From the NCBI GenBank assembly GCA_003598135.1, contig QZKA01000027.1:84788-148787 (forward strand): a stretch of DNA of 64,000 nt, written 5' to 3'. The DNA comes from Candidatus Omnitrophota bacterium (GTDB taxonomy: Bacteria > Omnitrophota > Gorgyraeia > Gygaellales > Profunditerraquicolaceae). The notes beneath the pieces are model-generated. The model searched no databases. It was not told the origin of the DNA and saw nothing but the letters and a program-made list of their open reading frames with translations. The translations under genes and the position numbers were made by a program. Shown piece after piece: positions 1-10,228 of the stretch. How positions within the stretch are numbered: position 1 is the stretch's first letter; every line of letters starts with the position of its first letter.

Positions 1-861
1 GTAAGCGGTCTTATCAAACAGGGTGCTGATTTGTGGCGGATCAAAGATATAGTCGGTAGAATCGCGCTTGAAAATGCGGATATACGCGATTATGCGCAGG
101 TGCAGTCTGCAATAAGGAAAGCATGTCCAAGAAAGGTGTTTCATCTTGCAGCGTATGTGAATGTGTCCAGGTCATGGGAGCATTCGCGGGAAATGATCGA
201 TACCAATCTGCTCGGAACGATTAACTTGTTGCATGCCCTTGAGGCAGGAGCGTGCGACTGTTTCATAAATTCGGGCACCTGCGAAGAATATGGCGATAAT
301 ACAACTCCGTTCACAGAAGATCAATGCCCTAATCCGGTTTCTCCGTATTCCGCTTCCAAAGCTGCAGCTACCCTTTTCTGCAGCATGATTTACAAGACCA
401 AGAAAGTTCCAATTGTGACGCTTAGGCCTTTTTTGACTTACGGCCCGCAACAAATCAGCAATATGCTTATACCCTACGTGATACAGAAAGCACTTTTAGG
501 CCAGGATATAGAGATGACCAAAGGAGAACAGACAAGGGAATTCAATTATGTGACGGATATTGTTGACGGCTATATCCGCGCATCCGTTACTCCGCAGGCC
601 TTAGGAGAAGTTATCAATATCGGGAATGCGAAAGAGTATAAAATAATCGATGTAGTAACGATGATTTTAAAGATGCTGGGCAATCCGGTAAAACCAAAAG
701 CCGGCGCACTTGCGTATAGGCCCGGAGAAACCATGCATTTTTATTGCGATAATACGAAGGCGCGTACGATACTTAAGTGGAAGCCGAAAGTGCCCCTGGA
801 GGAAGGATTAAAGAAAACCATAGAATGGTATCTCGCCCGCAAAGACAGGAAAGCCCTATGA
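1..861 (+). CDS. NAD-dependent sugar epimerase/reductase (extended SDR), 5'-partial. Likely the CDP-dideoxyhexose 4-reductase (CDP-paratose/abequose synthase-like) of the locus.
   Basis: The reading frame is open to position 1 (the ORF track starts at 31 with TTG). Catalytic YSASK (YxxxK) motif, SDR-like core and C-terminal extended-SDR substrate domain. Adjacent to rfbH. Confidence 0.65.
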   Translation, partial: VSGLIKQGADLWRIKDIVGRIALENADIRDYAQVQSAIRKACPRKVFHLAAYVNVSRSWEHSREMIDTNLLGTINLLHALEAGACDCFINSGTCEEYGDNTTPFTEDQCPNPVSPYSASKAAATLFCSMIYKTKKVPIVTLRPFLTYGPQQISNMLIPYVIQKALLGQDIEMTKGEQTREFNYVTDIVDGYIRASVTPQALGEVINIGNAKEYKIIDVVTMILKMLGNPVKPKAGALAYRPGETMHFYCDNTKARTILKWKPKVPLEEGLKKTIEWYLARKDRKAL

Positions 862-2201
862 CCAAAAAAACTATTCGAAAGGCTGCATGCCTAAAACAGG
901 TAATAGAATATTACAAGCACTCTCATGCAAAGAAAGAATTTGTTCCCGGAAAATCGTTGGTTCAGTATGCCGGAAGGGTGTATAACGAAAAAGACATGTC
1001 CGCGATGGTCAGCGCAGTGCTTGATTTCTGGCTCACCTACGGTGAGTATGCGATGCAATTCGAAAAATTGTTTGCCCGCTTCCACGGCGTTGAGAACGCA
1101 ATCTTAACCAATTCCGGTTCTTCGGCAAATCTTTTGGCCATTTCTGCTCTTCTTGCCAGGAACCTTAAAAACGGCCTTAATCCTCAAGATGAAGTCATTA
1201 CCCCAGCCCTTACCTTTCCTACTACCGTAGCACCGATTGTCCAGAATAACCTGGTTCCGGTATTTCTGGATTGCGAAGTCGAAACATTAAATATCGATGT
1301 AACTTATTTGAAGAAGGCATTATCGCCGAGGACTAAGGCTGTGTGTATTCCTCATACGTTGGGTAATCCCTGCAATATGGCCGCAATCACCGATTTTTGC
1401 AGGAAGCATCATTTATTCCTTATCGAAGACACCTGTGATGCCCTTGGTTCCAAATATGGCAAGAAACTGGTAGGGACGTTCGGGGATTTAGGGACCTTTA
1501 GTTTCTATCCTGCGCACCATATCACCTTGGGCGAAGGGGGAGCGGTGATTACCGCAAACCCGCAATTAGCGCAGGTCCTGCGCTGTTTACGTGACTGGGG
1601 GAGGACGTGTTCTACGCATTGCACCAGTTGTAGGTATGCAGATAAGAGAGACGGCCATTGCGCATTCAGGTTTTCTCAAAAAGGAAGCCACGCAATGCCT
1701 CGCGATTATGATAAGCGCTACGTCTTTTCCTATATCGGCTATAACCTCAAGCCACTGGATATCCAGGCAGCCTTAGGAATAGAGCAGCTCAAAAAATTCC
1801 CCTCTTTCAAAAGAAAAAGGATCGATAATTTCAACTCTCTTTACAAGGGCTTACTGAGATACCGGGAGTTTCTGATCCTGCCGCGTAACGAACGCCACGC
1901 AGAGCCTGTCTGGTTTGCGTTCCCTATAACCGTCCGTAAAAATAAGTGGTTTAACAGAAAAGAACTGGTGCTTTTTCTTGAGCGTAAAAAAATCGAGACC
2001 AGGATGATTTTTGCGGGGAACGTATTGAGGCAGCCAGGCTTCAGGCACATCAGGCACCGTAGTATCGGGGTTTTGAAAAACAGCGATTACGTGATGGAGC
2101 AGAGTTTCTTTATCGGCGTATATCCCGGCCTCGGCGATACCCAAATCAAGTATATACTTGAACAATTCAATCAGTTTTTTAAAGAAAAGGCCCTTGCGTG
2201 A
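858..2201 (+). CDS. rfbH: CDP-6-deoxy-D-xylo-4-hexulose-3-dehydrase (E1, DdhC/RfbH), a PLP/PMP-dependent DegT-family enzyme
   Basis: Strong similarity to remembered Yersinia/Salmonella E1: FVPGKS...DFWLT, NSGSSANLLAISAL, FPTTV, DALGSxYxGKxxGTFGDxGTFSFYPAHHITxGEGGAV, and a Cys-rich segment (CSTHCTSCRYADKRDGHC) matching the E1 Fe-S region. ATG at 858 overlaps the upstream stop (ATGA). Confidence 0.85.
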   Translation: MTKKTIRKAACLKQVIEYYKHSHAKKEFVPGKSLVQYAGRVYNEKDMSAMVSAVLDFWLTYGEYAMQFEKLFARFHGVENAILTNSGSSANLLAISALLARNLKNGLNPQDEVITPALTFPTTVAPIVQNNLVPVFLDCEVETLNIDVTYLKKALSPRTKAVCIPHTLGNPCNMAAITDFCRKHHLFLIEDTCDALGSKYGKKLVGTFGDLGTFSFYPAHHITLGEGGAVITANPQLAQVLRCLRDWGRTCSTHCTSCRYADKRDGHCAFRFSQKGSHAMPRDYDKRYVFSYIGYNLKPLDIQAALGIEQLKKFPSFKRKRIDNFNSLYKGLLRYREFLILPRNERHAEPVWFAFPITVRKNKWFNRKELVLFLERKKIETRMIFAGNVLRQPGFRHIRHRSIGVLKNSDYVMEQSFFIGVYPGLGDTQIKYILEQFNQFFKEKALA

Positions 2202-3745
2202 TTATTGCTTCCGCGAAATTTAGAGTCTGCTTTATTGTCGTGGCAATAGCAGCAATTTCATTTTTATATTACAGTATGCTTATCGACTATCGGGCCATTG
2301 ATGCCAACGGCGACAATATGTACCATGCCTATATGGCAAGAACGGTTTTTTCAAAACAGCCTTTTTATATCCCACTGATTAACTATTTTTACCGCAATGA
2401 TTCCCTTCCTCATGCCGGATACGATTTCCCGCCGCTATTTTCCCTGCTTTTGGGGATAATCTATAAAATTTTCGGGGAAAATTATTATTACGGGATCTAT
2501 TTCAATGCGTTTGTTGCTTCAGCGTCGCTGATTCCTCTGTTTTTGATTGGCAGGCGCTTATCGGGAAATACAGCAGGTTTAATCGCTTCGCTTGCCCTTT
2601 CGCTCAATCTTTTCTGGTTGTTTAGTATCACCAAAGGGCTCTTAGAGCCGCTTTTTGTCTTTTGTGCGATGTGGGCAACGTACTTCCTTTTTTTATATGG
2701 AGAGAAGGAAAGAAGAAGCGCATTAATCATATCGGCCTTTTTGTCTGGACTCGCATATCTTGCGCGCTATAACGGGCTGGTATTGGTTTTCGTGGCTTTG
2801 ATATATCTGTTAACTACCCGCGAAAAACATATCAAAGAACGCCTCAAAGAGTCAGGCATTCTTATCGCCGTTTTTGTATTGACTGTCTTTCCCTGGTTGC
2901 TTAGAAACTACGTAGAGTTTCATGACCCATTTATGTATGTCGGTAAATATTTTATGTGGCTTGAGTTAGGCGTACCAGGCCATGCGGTGTGCAAGGAAGT
3001 CCCTAGCTTTCGCCTCTATTTTGATACCCATACGGTTTTTGATTTTGTAAAACGGTTTTTTGATTCTGCTCGATCGAGCTTTCCGGAGCTGAATAGGACC
3101 TCCAATTATTTCTTGCTTATTGTCCTGCATCAGGCAGTATTCGGGGTTAGGCGTTTCTTTAACCGGAAATTCCTCTTTTTCTACCTGTTTGTGTTTTTCG
3201 GGTATTTGTTCGTGATGTTGCATCCGTTCGCGTTGGATCCCAGACATTTTTTGCCTTTTTACCCGTTGCTTTATTTAGGGGGGAGTGTGTATGCGTGCAG
3301 GAGCGTTTCGTATTACCTTATGCAACGCAGCCTCTTTAATTACCTTAAATTAACTATCCTACTGGTATGTATTGTTTTTTCTTTAACTTCCCTGGTCGGG
3401 CAATACCGGAAAGATTTTGATATGCTTTATCGCTCTTATCCGTTCAGCAGGATGGCGGAAGAATTAGGTGGCTGGGTTAGCCGCTATACAAATACAGAAG
3501 ACGTGATTATGATGCAATATGCAATGGTCCCTTTATATTATTCAGGCCGTGGCTCTGTGACTGCGCCAGCCCTTGCTTCACAAGAGGATATCGACAATCT
3601 TGTAGATAGGTACGGGGTGACTTACTTTGCCGATTTATTCTATGATGGGCCCTTGCCGAGCGGTTTCCTTGAAGTGCAAAGATTCCGCTATAAAGATCAA
3701 GTGATAAAAGTATTCCATAAGGAGGGAAAAAGTGGCGCGAATTAA
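2198..3745 (+). CDS. Polytopic membrane protein, GT-C fold glycosyltransferase candidate (ArnT/PMT GT39/GT83-like)
   Basis: About 12 predicted TM helices in the N-terminal two-thirds plus a C-terminal soluble domain. GTG start overlaps the rfbH stop (GTGA). Family call is from the hydrophobicity pattern only. Confidence 0.5.
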   Translation: MIIASAKFRVCFIVVAIAAISFLYYSMLIDYRAIDANGDNMYHAYMARTVFSKQPFYIPLINYFYRNDSLPHAGYDFPPLFSLLLGIIYKIFGENYYYGIYFNAFVASASLIPLFLIGRRLSGNTAGLIASLALSLNLFWLFSITKGLLEPLFVFCAMWATYFLFLYGEKERRSALIISAFLSGLAYLARYNGLVLVFVALIYLLTTREKHIKERLKESGILIAVFVLTVFPWLLRNYVEFHDPFMYVGKYFMWLELGVPGHAVCKEVPSFRLYFDTHTVFDFVKRFFDSARSSFPELNRTSNYFLLIVLHQAVFGVRRFFNRKFLFFYLFVFFGYLFVMLHPFALDPRHFLPFYPLLYLGGSVYACRSVSYYLMQRSLFNYLKLTILLVCIVFSLTSLVGQYRKDFDMLYRSYPFSRMAEELGGWVSRYTNTEDVIMMQYAMVPLYYSGRGSVTAPALASQEDIDNLVDRYGVTYFADLFYDGPLPSGFLEVQRFRYKDQVIKVFHKEGKSGAN

Positions 3746-5528
3746 AAAAATTTTAGAAGGAGCGGCTTCGTTTTTGCAACGGTATCCAGTAATGGTTATT
3801 ATTGTCGGCTATATCCTATTGAGCAGTTCTTTCTATAATGTCGGTTTCCCGATGGACGACGAGTGCTTCTCCATTAACGTCTGTCGTAGGATCCTTCAGG
3901 GGGATATCCCGTATAAGGATTTTCAGTTGCACGTAACACCCGGCTCTTTCTACCTGCAGAGCCTGATGTTTAAGATATTCGGCCAGGAATTGATAATTAA
4001 CAGGATTACTACTACTATTGTCGGAGTATTCATCGCTCTTTTATTGTATTACCTTTCGCTGCGCATTATGCCTCCTGCGTTTGCCATCTTTTCGAGTGCC
4101 GTGTTTGGTATCTGGGGAACGATTCATTTAAATTTCCTCTGGTACAGCTGGTATGCGGATTTATTTGCTCTCCTTGCCGTTTTATTTCTATTGCGCTACC
4201 TCGCACGTAAGGGGGCCTGGGATGTTTTTCTCTGCGGCATCTTCATAGGGTGCACATTGTTATGTAAACAGAATATCGGGCTTTCAGCGTTCCTCTCCGT
4301 AATAGTCGGGTTATCGTTAATTCGCATGTTGCAAGGAGGTAAAACGCCGCTTCTAAAGAGGGAGGTAATTTCTTTAAGGGAGCTTTTGCTTGTGGGCGGG
4401 GGTATGGTAATTGCGATACTGCCATTCGTGGTATATCTTTTCTGGAATTCAGCATTGAAGAGCGCCTTTGTATGGCTCGTGCTTAAACAGCAGGAGGTTA
4501 CTGCCAGCCCCATACGCCTTTTGTATCTGCCGTATGAATTTACTCATAGCTGGAAGTATCTATTGGGTATTTCGGCTGTGTTAACGTGCATGTTCCTGTT
4601 TGTTTCGTTTGCGCTTAGGCTAAAGGAAGAAAAGTCGCTCTGGTCAAAAATAGAAGGCGCTCTTGCCGCGCTTTTTATCGTATACGCAGTGATTTACTTG
4701 GTTTCTGCCGGAAACTGGCTCACTAAGATGTTTATTTCCTCGGTATATTATGCATTCATTTATATTCCATATTTCCTGGTCGGATTTGCCGTCCTATATC
4801 TTTGGCGGCTATTGCGCCTAAAGCGCCCTCTTGCAGGCGAGACAAGCGCACTTTTGCTATTGGTCATCTTTGTTGTACTCCAGATTTATTTCGGCCTGCT
4901 TAATTCAAGCGATCTTATTCATCAGATTCTTGTATACCCCCCGCTATGGATATTCGTTAGTTTTCTATTATTCAAAATGTACTCATGGGAAAGCCGTGAT
5001 CCGATAAAGAAGAAAACTTGGCTCTATTTTATCGCCGTATTGTTATTTCTCTTCATTTTCTCTGGCGTACGCATCGCCTACCGGAAGATGGCGCTTTGGT
5101 ATTACAGCACTCCCATTAAGGTGTTTAACCGGTCGCTTGATATACCGAAAGCAAGGATGCTTAAGGTGAGCCAGACGAATAAAGATACCGTTGAACCCCT
5201 GGTTGCGTATATCCGTGCGCATACCGAAAAAGACGAGCGGATATTCGTCATGTCCTTCGATACGATCTTTTATTTTTTAACCGACAGGAAGAGTCCTTCG
5301 TATTTTGATAACGTGCTTCTTACCTATGTCCCTTATTATGAACAGCCGACAATAATACGCGACCTGAGAAAAAATAAGGTGAACTATGTAATCGAAAGAG
5401 ACCAGAATTCAAGCGCATATCCCGTTAAGCAGTTTTATCCGCTTTTGTATCAATACGTAAAAGCCAATTATCATCAGGAAGCGGTATTTGGGAATTTTAT
5501 TATTTTACGGAGAAATACCGATAGATAG
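3732..5528 (+). CDS. Polytopic membrane protein (598 aa), possible GT-C glycosyltransferase
   Basis: GTG start with a strong AAGGAGG Shine-Dalgarno 7 nt upstream. Many TM segments followed by a C-terminal soluble domain. Confidence 0.45.
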   Translation: MARIKKILEGAASFLQRYPVMVIIVGYILLSSSFYNVGFPMDDECFSINVCRRILQGDIPYKDFQLHVTPGSFYLQSLMFKIFGQELIINRITTTIVGVFIALLLYYLSLRIMPPAFAIFSSAVFGIWGTIHLNFLWYSWYADLFALLAVLFLLRYLARKGAWDVFLCGIFIGCTLLCKQNIGLSAFLSVIVGLSLIRMLQGGKTPLLKREVISLRELLLVGGGMVIAILPFVVYLFWNSALKSAFVWLVLKQQEVTASPIRLLYLPYEFTHSWKYLLGISAVLTCMFLFVSFALRLKEEKSLWSKIEGALAALFIVYAVIYLVSAGNWLTKMFISSVYYAFIYIPYFLVGFAVLYLWRLLRLKRPLAGETSALLLLVIFVVLQIYFGLLNSSDLIHQILVYPPLWIFVSFLLFKMYSWESRDPIKKKTWLYFIAVLLFLFIFSGVRIAYRKMALWYYSTPIKVFNRSLDIPKARMLKVSQTNKDTVEPLVAYIRAHTEKDERIFVMSFDTIFYFLTDRKSPSYFDNVLLTYVPYYEQPTIIRDLRKNKVNYVIERDQNSSAYPVKQFYPLLYQYVKANYHQEAVFGNFIILRRNTDR

Positions 5529-5540
5529 GCTGCATTAGTT

Positions 5541-6998
5541 ATGGCGAATGTATTATTAATCAACCCTGACCCAAAGTCGATTCATCCCCGCTACCCAAGC
5601 GCACTTTTGCCTTTGGCGGGAGTGCTTCGTTCGAACAGTCACCGTGTTGAGATATTTGACGGGCAATTCCAGGATTGCAGAAATATCAAATTGGCAGAAT
5701 ATGATGTTGTCGGGATAACGTCCCTCACTGGCCCACAGATACACAGCGCTTTGAAAATTGCCCGCTGGATAAAAACAAAGGCCAAAACACTGCCTCTTAT
5801 CTGGGGAGGCGTGCATTGTTCGCTAGTGCCTGAACAGACTGCCGCGCATGAATTAGTCGATGTGGCAGTACGAGGGGAAGGGGAAGAGTCCTTTTTAGAG
5901 CTAATAGAGGCGATACAAAAACGGCAAAGCTTAGAAATTGTAAAAGGAATAACATTTAAGCAGGATGGAAAAATAGTTTCTACTGCTGAAAGGGATTGTA
6001 TCGAACTGGATAAGCTGCCCTATCTTCCGTTTGAGTTATTGCCGAATTTTCATAAATATTCCAATATCAAAAGGAAAATAATGTATTTTCAGACCAGCAG
6101 GGGCTGTCCTTATTCCTGCGGTTTCTGTTATTCTAACCGGGTACATAAGGGCCGCTGGAGGGCTATGTCTGCCGAGAGGGCGGTGGAAGAGATCAAATAC
6201 ATATGCGATACCTTTCATCCCGAAACCATTTCGTTTATCGACGACGAATTTTTCGTGGACCAGAGAAGGGTTGGTGAGATTTGCCAGAAGTTGATCGACG
6301 CTAAGGTTGATATACAATGGGGTTCCTCCGGAAGGTATGACCAGGCGTATAAATATACAAGCGATTTTCTCAAGCTCCTCAAGGCAAGCGGCTGTGTGGG
6401 GGTGAGTTTTGGCGGTGAATCCGGCTCTACCAGAGTCCTTGAATCGATTAACAAAAGAATTACGGTTGAGCAGATGAAAACCACCGTTGAAAAGTTTAAA
6501 GAAAATAACCTCTTTTCTACCGTGAATTTTATGTCGGGTTTTCCCGGAGAAAAGAAAGAAGATATTTTTAAGACATTTGATCTGATCGATGAGCTCACCC
6601 GGATTGATCCCGGCTTGATGGTGAACAGCATTAGTGTGTATACGCCTTTTCCTAATACCCCTATGTATAAAGAAGCGCTAGAGTATGGCTTCAGGGAACC
6701 TCGGTCTTTAGAGGAGTGGGGCGAATTCTTCTACAATGACGTAAGTAATTTGCCATGGTTAGAAAAAGAGACGAGAAGCTTATTAAAGACTATCAGTCTG
6801 CTTACTGAATGCGAGTTCAACAGAAAAGGGGCATTTAAATCAACCAGGCTTTTTGAAGATAGTCCGATAAAGAAAATTGCCTATACGGGGCTTTCTTTTT
6901 TAGCGAAGTGGAGATGGAGAAACAGGAATTTTCGTTTTCCTGTTGAGTGGCGGCTTTTGGATGCAGGGCTTAGGTTCATTAAGAGCGGAGAGAGATAG
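5541..6998 (+). CDS. B12-binding-domain radical SAM protein
   Basis: N-terminal Rossmann-like cobalamin-binding region, then the radical-SAM CxxxCxxC motif (SRGCPYSCGFCYS) and a TIM-barrel-length core. 485 aa. Confidence 0.8.
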   Translation: MANVLLINPDPKSIHPRYPSALLPLAGVLRSNSHRVEIFDGQFQDCRNIKLAEYDVVGITSLTGPQIHSALKIARWIKTKAKTLPLIWGGVHCSLVPEQTAAHELVDVAVRGEGEESFLELIEAIQKRQSLEIVKGITFKQDGKIVSTAERDCIELDKLPYLPFELLPNFHKYSNIKRKIMYFQTSRGCPYSCGFCYSNRVHKGRWRAMSAERAVEEIKYICDTFHPETISFIDDEFFVDQRRVGEICQKLIDAKVDIQWGSSGRYDQAYKYTSDFLKLLKASGCVGVSFGGESGSTRVLESINKRITVEQMKTTVEKFKENNLFSTVNFMSGFPGEKKEDIFKTFDLIDELTRIDPGLMVNSISVYTPFPNTPMYKEALEYGFREPRSLEEWGEFFYNDVSNLPWLEKETRSLLKTISLLTECEFNRKGAFKSTRLFEDSPIKKIAYTGLSFLAKWRWRNRNFRFPVEWRLLDAGLRFIKSGER

Positions 6999-7000
6999 GC

Positions 7001-10000
7001 GTGGCTAATTTTCTCAAAAAAAACAGAAATCTGATCAATATTCTTTTCCTTTTTATTATTGCCGTAGTCATTTATAGGGGCGTTTTTTCCCCGGGCGTTG
7101 CGGTAAGGACTGACCTTTTTTTACCGACTTCTGATTGGTTGAAGGAGCAAAGCAGCCATCCTTGGCTGTGGAGCTTTGAGGGGGGAGGCAAATATATTGC
7201 TGCCTATGAGTTGCAGCTTTTCCCTTTGTACGCCTTATGGAATACGCTCCATGAGAAGCTCGGGCTGCCGATTGACTTGGGTAGGCGTATAGTATGGATA
7301 TATGTTTTTATCGTAGTGGGGATTGTATCTATGTATGCGCTTGGTAAAAAACTCACCCAGAGCAATACCGCCGCATTTGTTTCTGCGTTGTATTTTATTG
7401 CTTCAATAATGAATATCTGGGCAATTCACGGTTCCTGGATACAGGGTGCGGCAGGAATGTCTTTTGTGCCGTTATGTTTTTTATTTTTCTTGATGTCTCT
7501 TGAAGAAAAAGAGAAGGTAAGGGCGTGGTTGCTTGTTATGGCAAGTGCGCTGTGTTTTACCGTAATCGTCTGGTATGAACTTAAGATCGCCATGCTCATG
7601 TTTGCGTTGCTATGCGCGTTCTTTATTTTTTATTCGGCCAAAAATAGCCATAGGGTTATGCCGCTTGCGTTACGGTTCGGCATTTTTTGCCTTGGCATAC
7701 TCGTCTCTAATGCCTGGATTATTATTCCCACTTTTCTGACAGGATTCTCCGGCATACCTGAATCCGCATCCCAGTCGGCATATATTGTCAAGGCAGAGAG
7801 CCTCTATTCCCTCTATTTCATTCCGCAGGTATTTATAACACACGGCGTAGTTTTCTTGCCTCTGTTGAGCATATTGGTATTTTTTGTGTTTCTGCCTCTT
7901 TTGTTCGCCTCTTCCTTATATGTTATCTATTTTTCCTTAACCGCGTTATTACTTATGGTTCTTTCTTCTGCGGGGAGCGGGCCGTTTGGCTTCATATATT
8001 TATTCCTCTACCGATACGTTCCTTTTTTTGTAGCGTTTAAAGATACCACCAAGTTTCTTCTTTTTCTTGTTTTTCCCGTTTCCGTACTTTTAGGGTTTTC
8101 TGCATTCTTTATGGAAACCAGGCTTATAAAGAGGCTATCCCACCGTATTAAATATCCGGGTGCCTTTACGGCGATTATTTTTTTATTTTTGTGCATCGGC
8201 GCGATTTTTCCTGCGTTGTTCGGGGTAAACCCCTTTTCTAAGGACAAAGCAGGCTCGATCTTATCGCCACGGCCTATCCCGGAAGATATGTCTTTTCTTT
8301 ATGATTGGGTCAAGGTCCAACCTAAGGATTATAAAATGCTCCTGTATCCCGGGGCAAGCCCGTTTCAAATTATTGATAACCGGCACCCGGGGCTGGGCGC
8401 GCTTTATTATACCTTTAGCCCTGCCAAAGAACTATTGATGTATTTCTGGCTCAACCCCTATAACCGCTTAAGTGTAGTGAGGAGGGGGCTGACTAACCGC
8501 TCTGTAGAAATGCTTAAGCTTATGAACATCAGGAATCTGGTGTTTTACCCGGAATACGAATATATGTGGGGAGTGATCCCCGGAATCGGAAGCCAGAAAA
8601 AAGCCGTCTCTGTATTTAAAGGGCAGCAGGGATTAAGGAGATTAAGTTCTTCCGAAGGGCTGGCACTGTATGAAGTTGATACACCGATGCCGCTTTTATA
8701 CGGAGTATCGAAAATCGATTACGCCGTAGGGGGCAGGAGTATTTTTTTGCCGCTTTTTTTGCTCGATTTCGATTTTACGCAGCGCGCGCTCCTGTTCAAC
8801 AGCCAACTTAAAAACAAATTCATGGAAATAGGGGAGAGTATAGATGCAGTGATTTTTTACGGCAAAGACATAGATGATCTTGCCATTTCTGCTTTGGAAG
8901 ACCGTTACAAGATGGGCCTTTGGAATTATGCACGGTTTTCAAACGGGGTAACGCCGACCGATCAGCGGCCTTATAATATCTGGAATACAGACGATACGGG
9001 TTGGGTTAAATATTATGCGCCTTACTGGTTGATTGCAGAGGGAGAAATCCAGGAGGGCCGGCACCCGGGGTTAGTGAAAGCCGGTTCCGAGAATGCCGAC
9101 ATGTTCCTGAATTTTGATGTCCCGAAAGAAGAGGAGTATGAGGTATGGGTAAGAATGGGTATCGGGCACAATATATGGGGTCCCGCAGGAGCGAATGAAA
9201 TTTCGTTCCACCTGGATTATTTGCTTTTGGGTTACGTGGCTGCCGAGAGAAAGAATTGCACGGGATTAAAATGGCTAAAAATAGGAAAAGCAGATTTAAC
9301 CGCAGGCACTCATAGCTTATGGATAAGGAACCGCTGCGGGATCAATGCAATAGACCAGGTTGCGGTAGTCCCAACATCCGCCATAAGGAAGCATTACGAT
9401 AAAATACTCTCTATCTTGAAAGAGAAAAAAATCATCTTTTTGTTTGAAGCGGAAAGGAATTTCGTCCCTGATATCCAATCGGACTGGACAATCGAATTTT
9501 ATAATGGCATTGCGAGCCAGGGTTATGCGTTGGCAACGAAAAAGCGAAACGCAGCTATACGCTTGAAGGAAAAAGACAGGGAACAGGGGACTACACTTCT
9601 AAAGATCCCTCATGCAGGCCGGTTTAACGTGAAGCTGCGCTTGCGCAGCCAAGAGCGCATGATCCTTACAATTAAGGTTGACGGAAAAAAAGTGCATTCT
9701 GCCGATATCCCCGCGTATCGGGAGTTTAGCTGGTTTGAGTTGCCTGCAATATTTTTATCAGAAGGGGAGCATGACTTATCCATTGAAAAGCAGGGAAATG
9801 GGTTATTTGCGCTGGATTGTGTTGTCGTTTCATCCGAAGATAGTAAGGCAAGGTTGGGCTTTTCAAAAAAAGGGACCGGTAATGCCCGCAATGATTTTTC
9901 CTGGAAGGCTGAAAAAATAACGGAATTCCGGGTCCGGCCTGGCAAGGATACCCGGTTCATAGTGCTTAATACTAATTACAATCCCGATTGGAACTTGAAG

Positions 10001-10228
10001 GATTCAAGCGCCTTCTCTGAACGCCCTCTATTAGTAAATTCATGGGCTAACGGGTTTTTAGTAGATGGCCGCACGAGCCAAAAACAGGAATTAACCCTTA
10101 TATTCCGGTTACAAAGAGATATTGACAATATATGGCGTTATTTTCTTTTGTGCGTGCGTATCTTGGCAATAGTTGCATGTGTGGGCATTTTAATTTTGAT
10201 ATATGAAAAATTCCTTAAATCTAAATAA
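7001..10228 (+). CDS. Giant (1075 aa) membrane protein: N-terminal multi-TM domain (GT-C/YfhO/AftD-like) with a large C-terminal extracytoplasmic beta-rich region
   Basis: GTG start. About 13 TM helices in the first ~420 aa. The remaining ~650 aa are soluble-like with two beta-sandwich-like segments. No confident family match by eye. Confidence 0.5.
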   Translation: MANFLKKNRNLINILFLFIIAVVIYRGVFSPGVAVRTDLFLPTSDWLKEQSSHPWLWSFEGGGKYIAAYELQLFPLYALWNTLHEKLGLPIDLGRRIVWIYVFIVVGIVSMYALGKKLTQSNTAAFVSALYFIASIMNIWAIHGSWIQGAAGMSFVPLCFLFFLMSLEEKEKVRAWLLVMASALCFTVIVWYELKIAMLMFALLCAFFIFYSAKNSHRVMPLALRFGIFCLGILVSNAWIIIPTFLTGFSGIPESASQSAYIVKAESLYSLYFIPQVFITHGVVFLPLLSILVFFVFLPLLFASSLYVIYFSLTALLLMVLSSAGSGPFGFIYLFLYRYVPFFVAFKDTTKFLLFLVFPVSVLLGFSAFFMETRLIKRLSHRIKYPGAFTAIIFLFLCIGAIFPALFGVNPFSKDKAGSILSPRPIPEDMSFLYDWVKVQPKDYKMLLYPGASPFQIIDNRHPGLGALYYTFSPAKELLMYFWLNPYNRLSVVRRGLTNRSVEMLKLMNIRNLVFYPEYEYMWGVIPGIGSQKKAVSVFKGQQGLRRLSSSEGLALYEVDTPMPLLYGVSKIDYAVGGRSIFLPLFLLDFDFTQRALLFNSQLKNKFMEIGESIDAVIFYGKDIDDLAISALEDRYKMGLWNYARFSNGVTPTDQRPYNIWNTDDTGWVKYYAPYWLIAEGEIQEGRHPGLVKAGSENADMFLNFDVPKEEEYEVWVRMGIGHNIWGPAGANEISFHLDYLLLGYVAAERKNCTGLKWLKIGKADLTAGTHSLWIRNRCGINAIDQVAVVPTSAIRKHYDKILSILKEKKIIFLFEAERNFVPDIQSDWTIEFYNGIASQGYALATKKRNAAIRLKEKDREQGTTLLKIPHAGRFNVKLRLRSQERMILTIKVDGKKVHSADIPAYREFSWFELPAIFLSEGEHDLSIEKQGNGLFALDCVVVSSEDSKARLGFSKKGTGNARNDFSWKAEKITEFRVRPGKDTRFIVLNTNYNPDWNLKDSSAFSERPLLVNSWANGFLVDGRTSQKQELTLIFRLQRDIDNIWRYFLLCVRILAIVACVGILILIYEKFLKSK

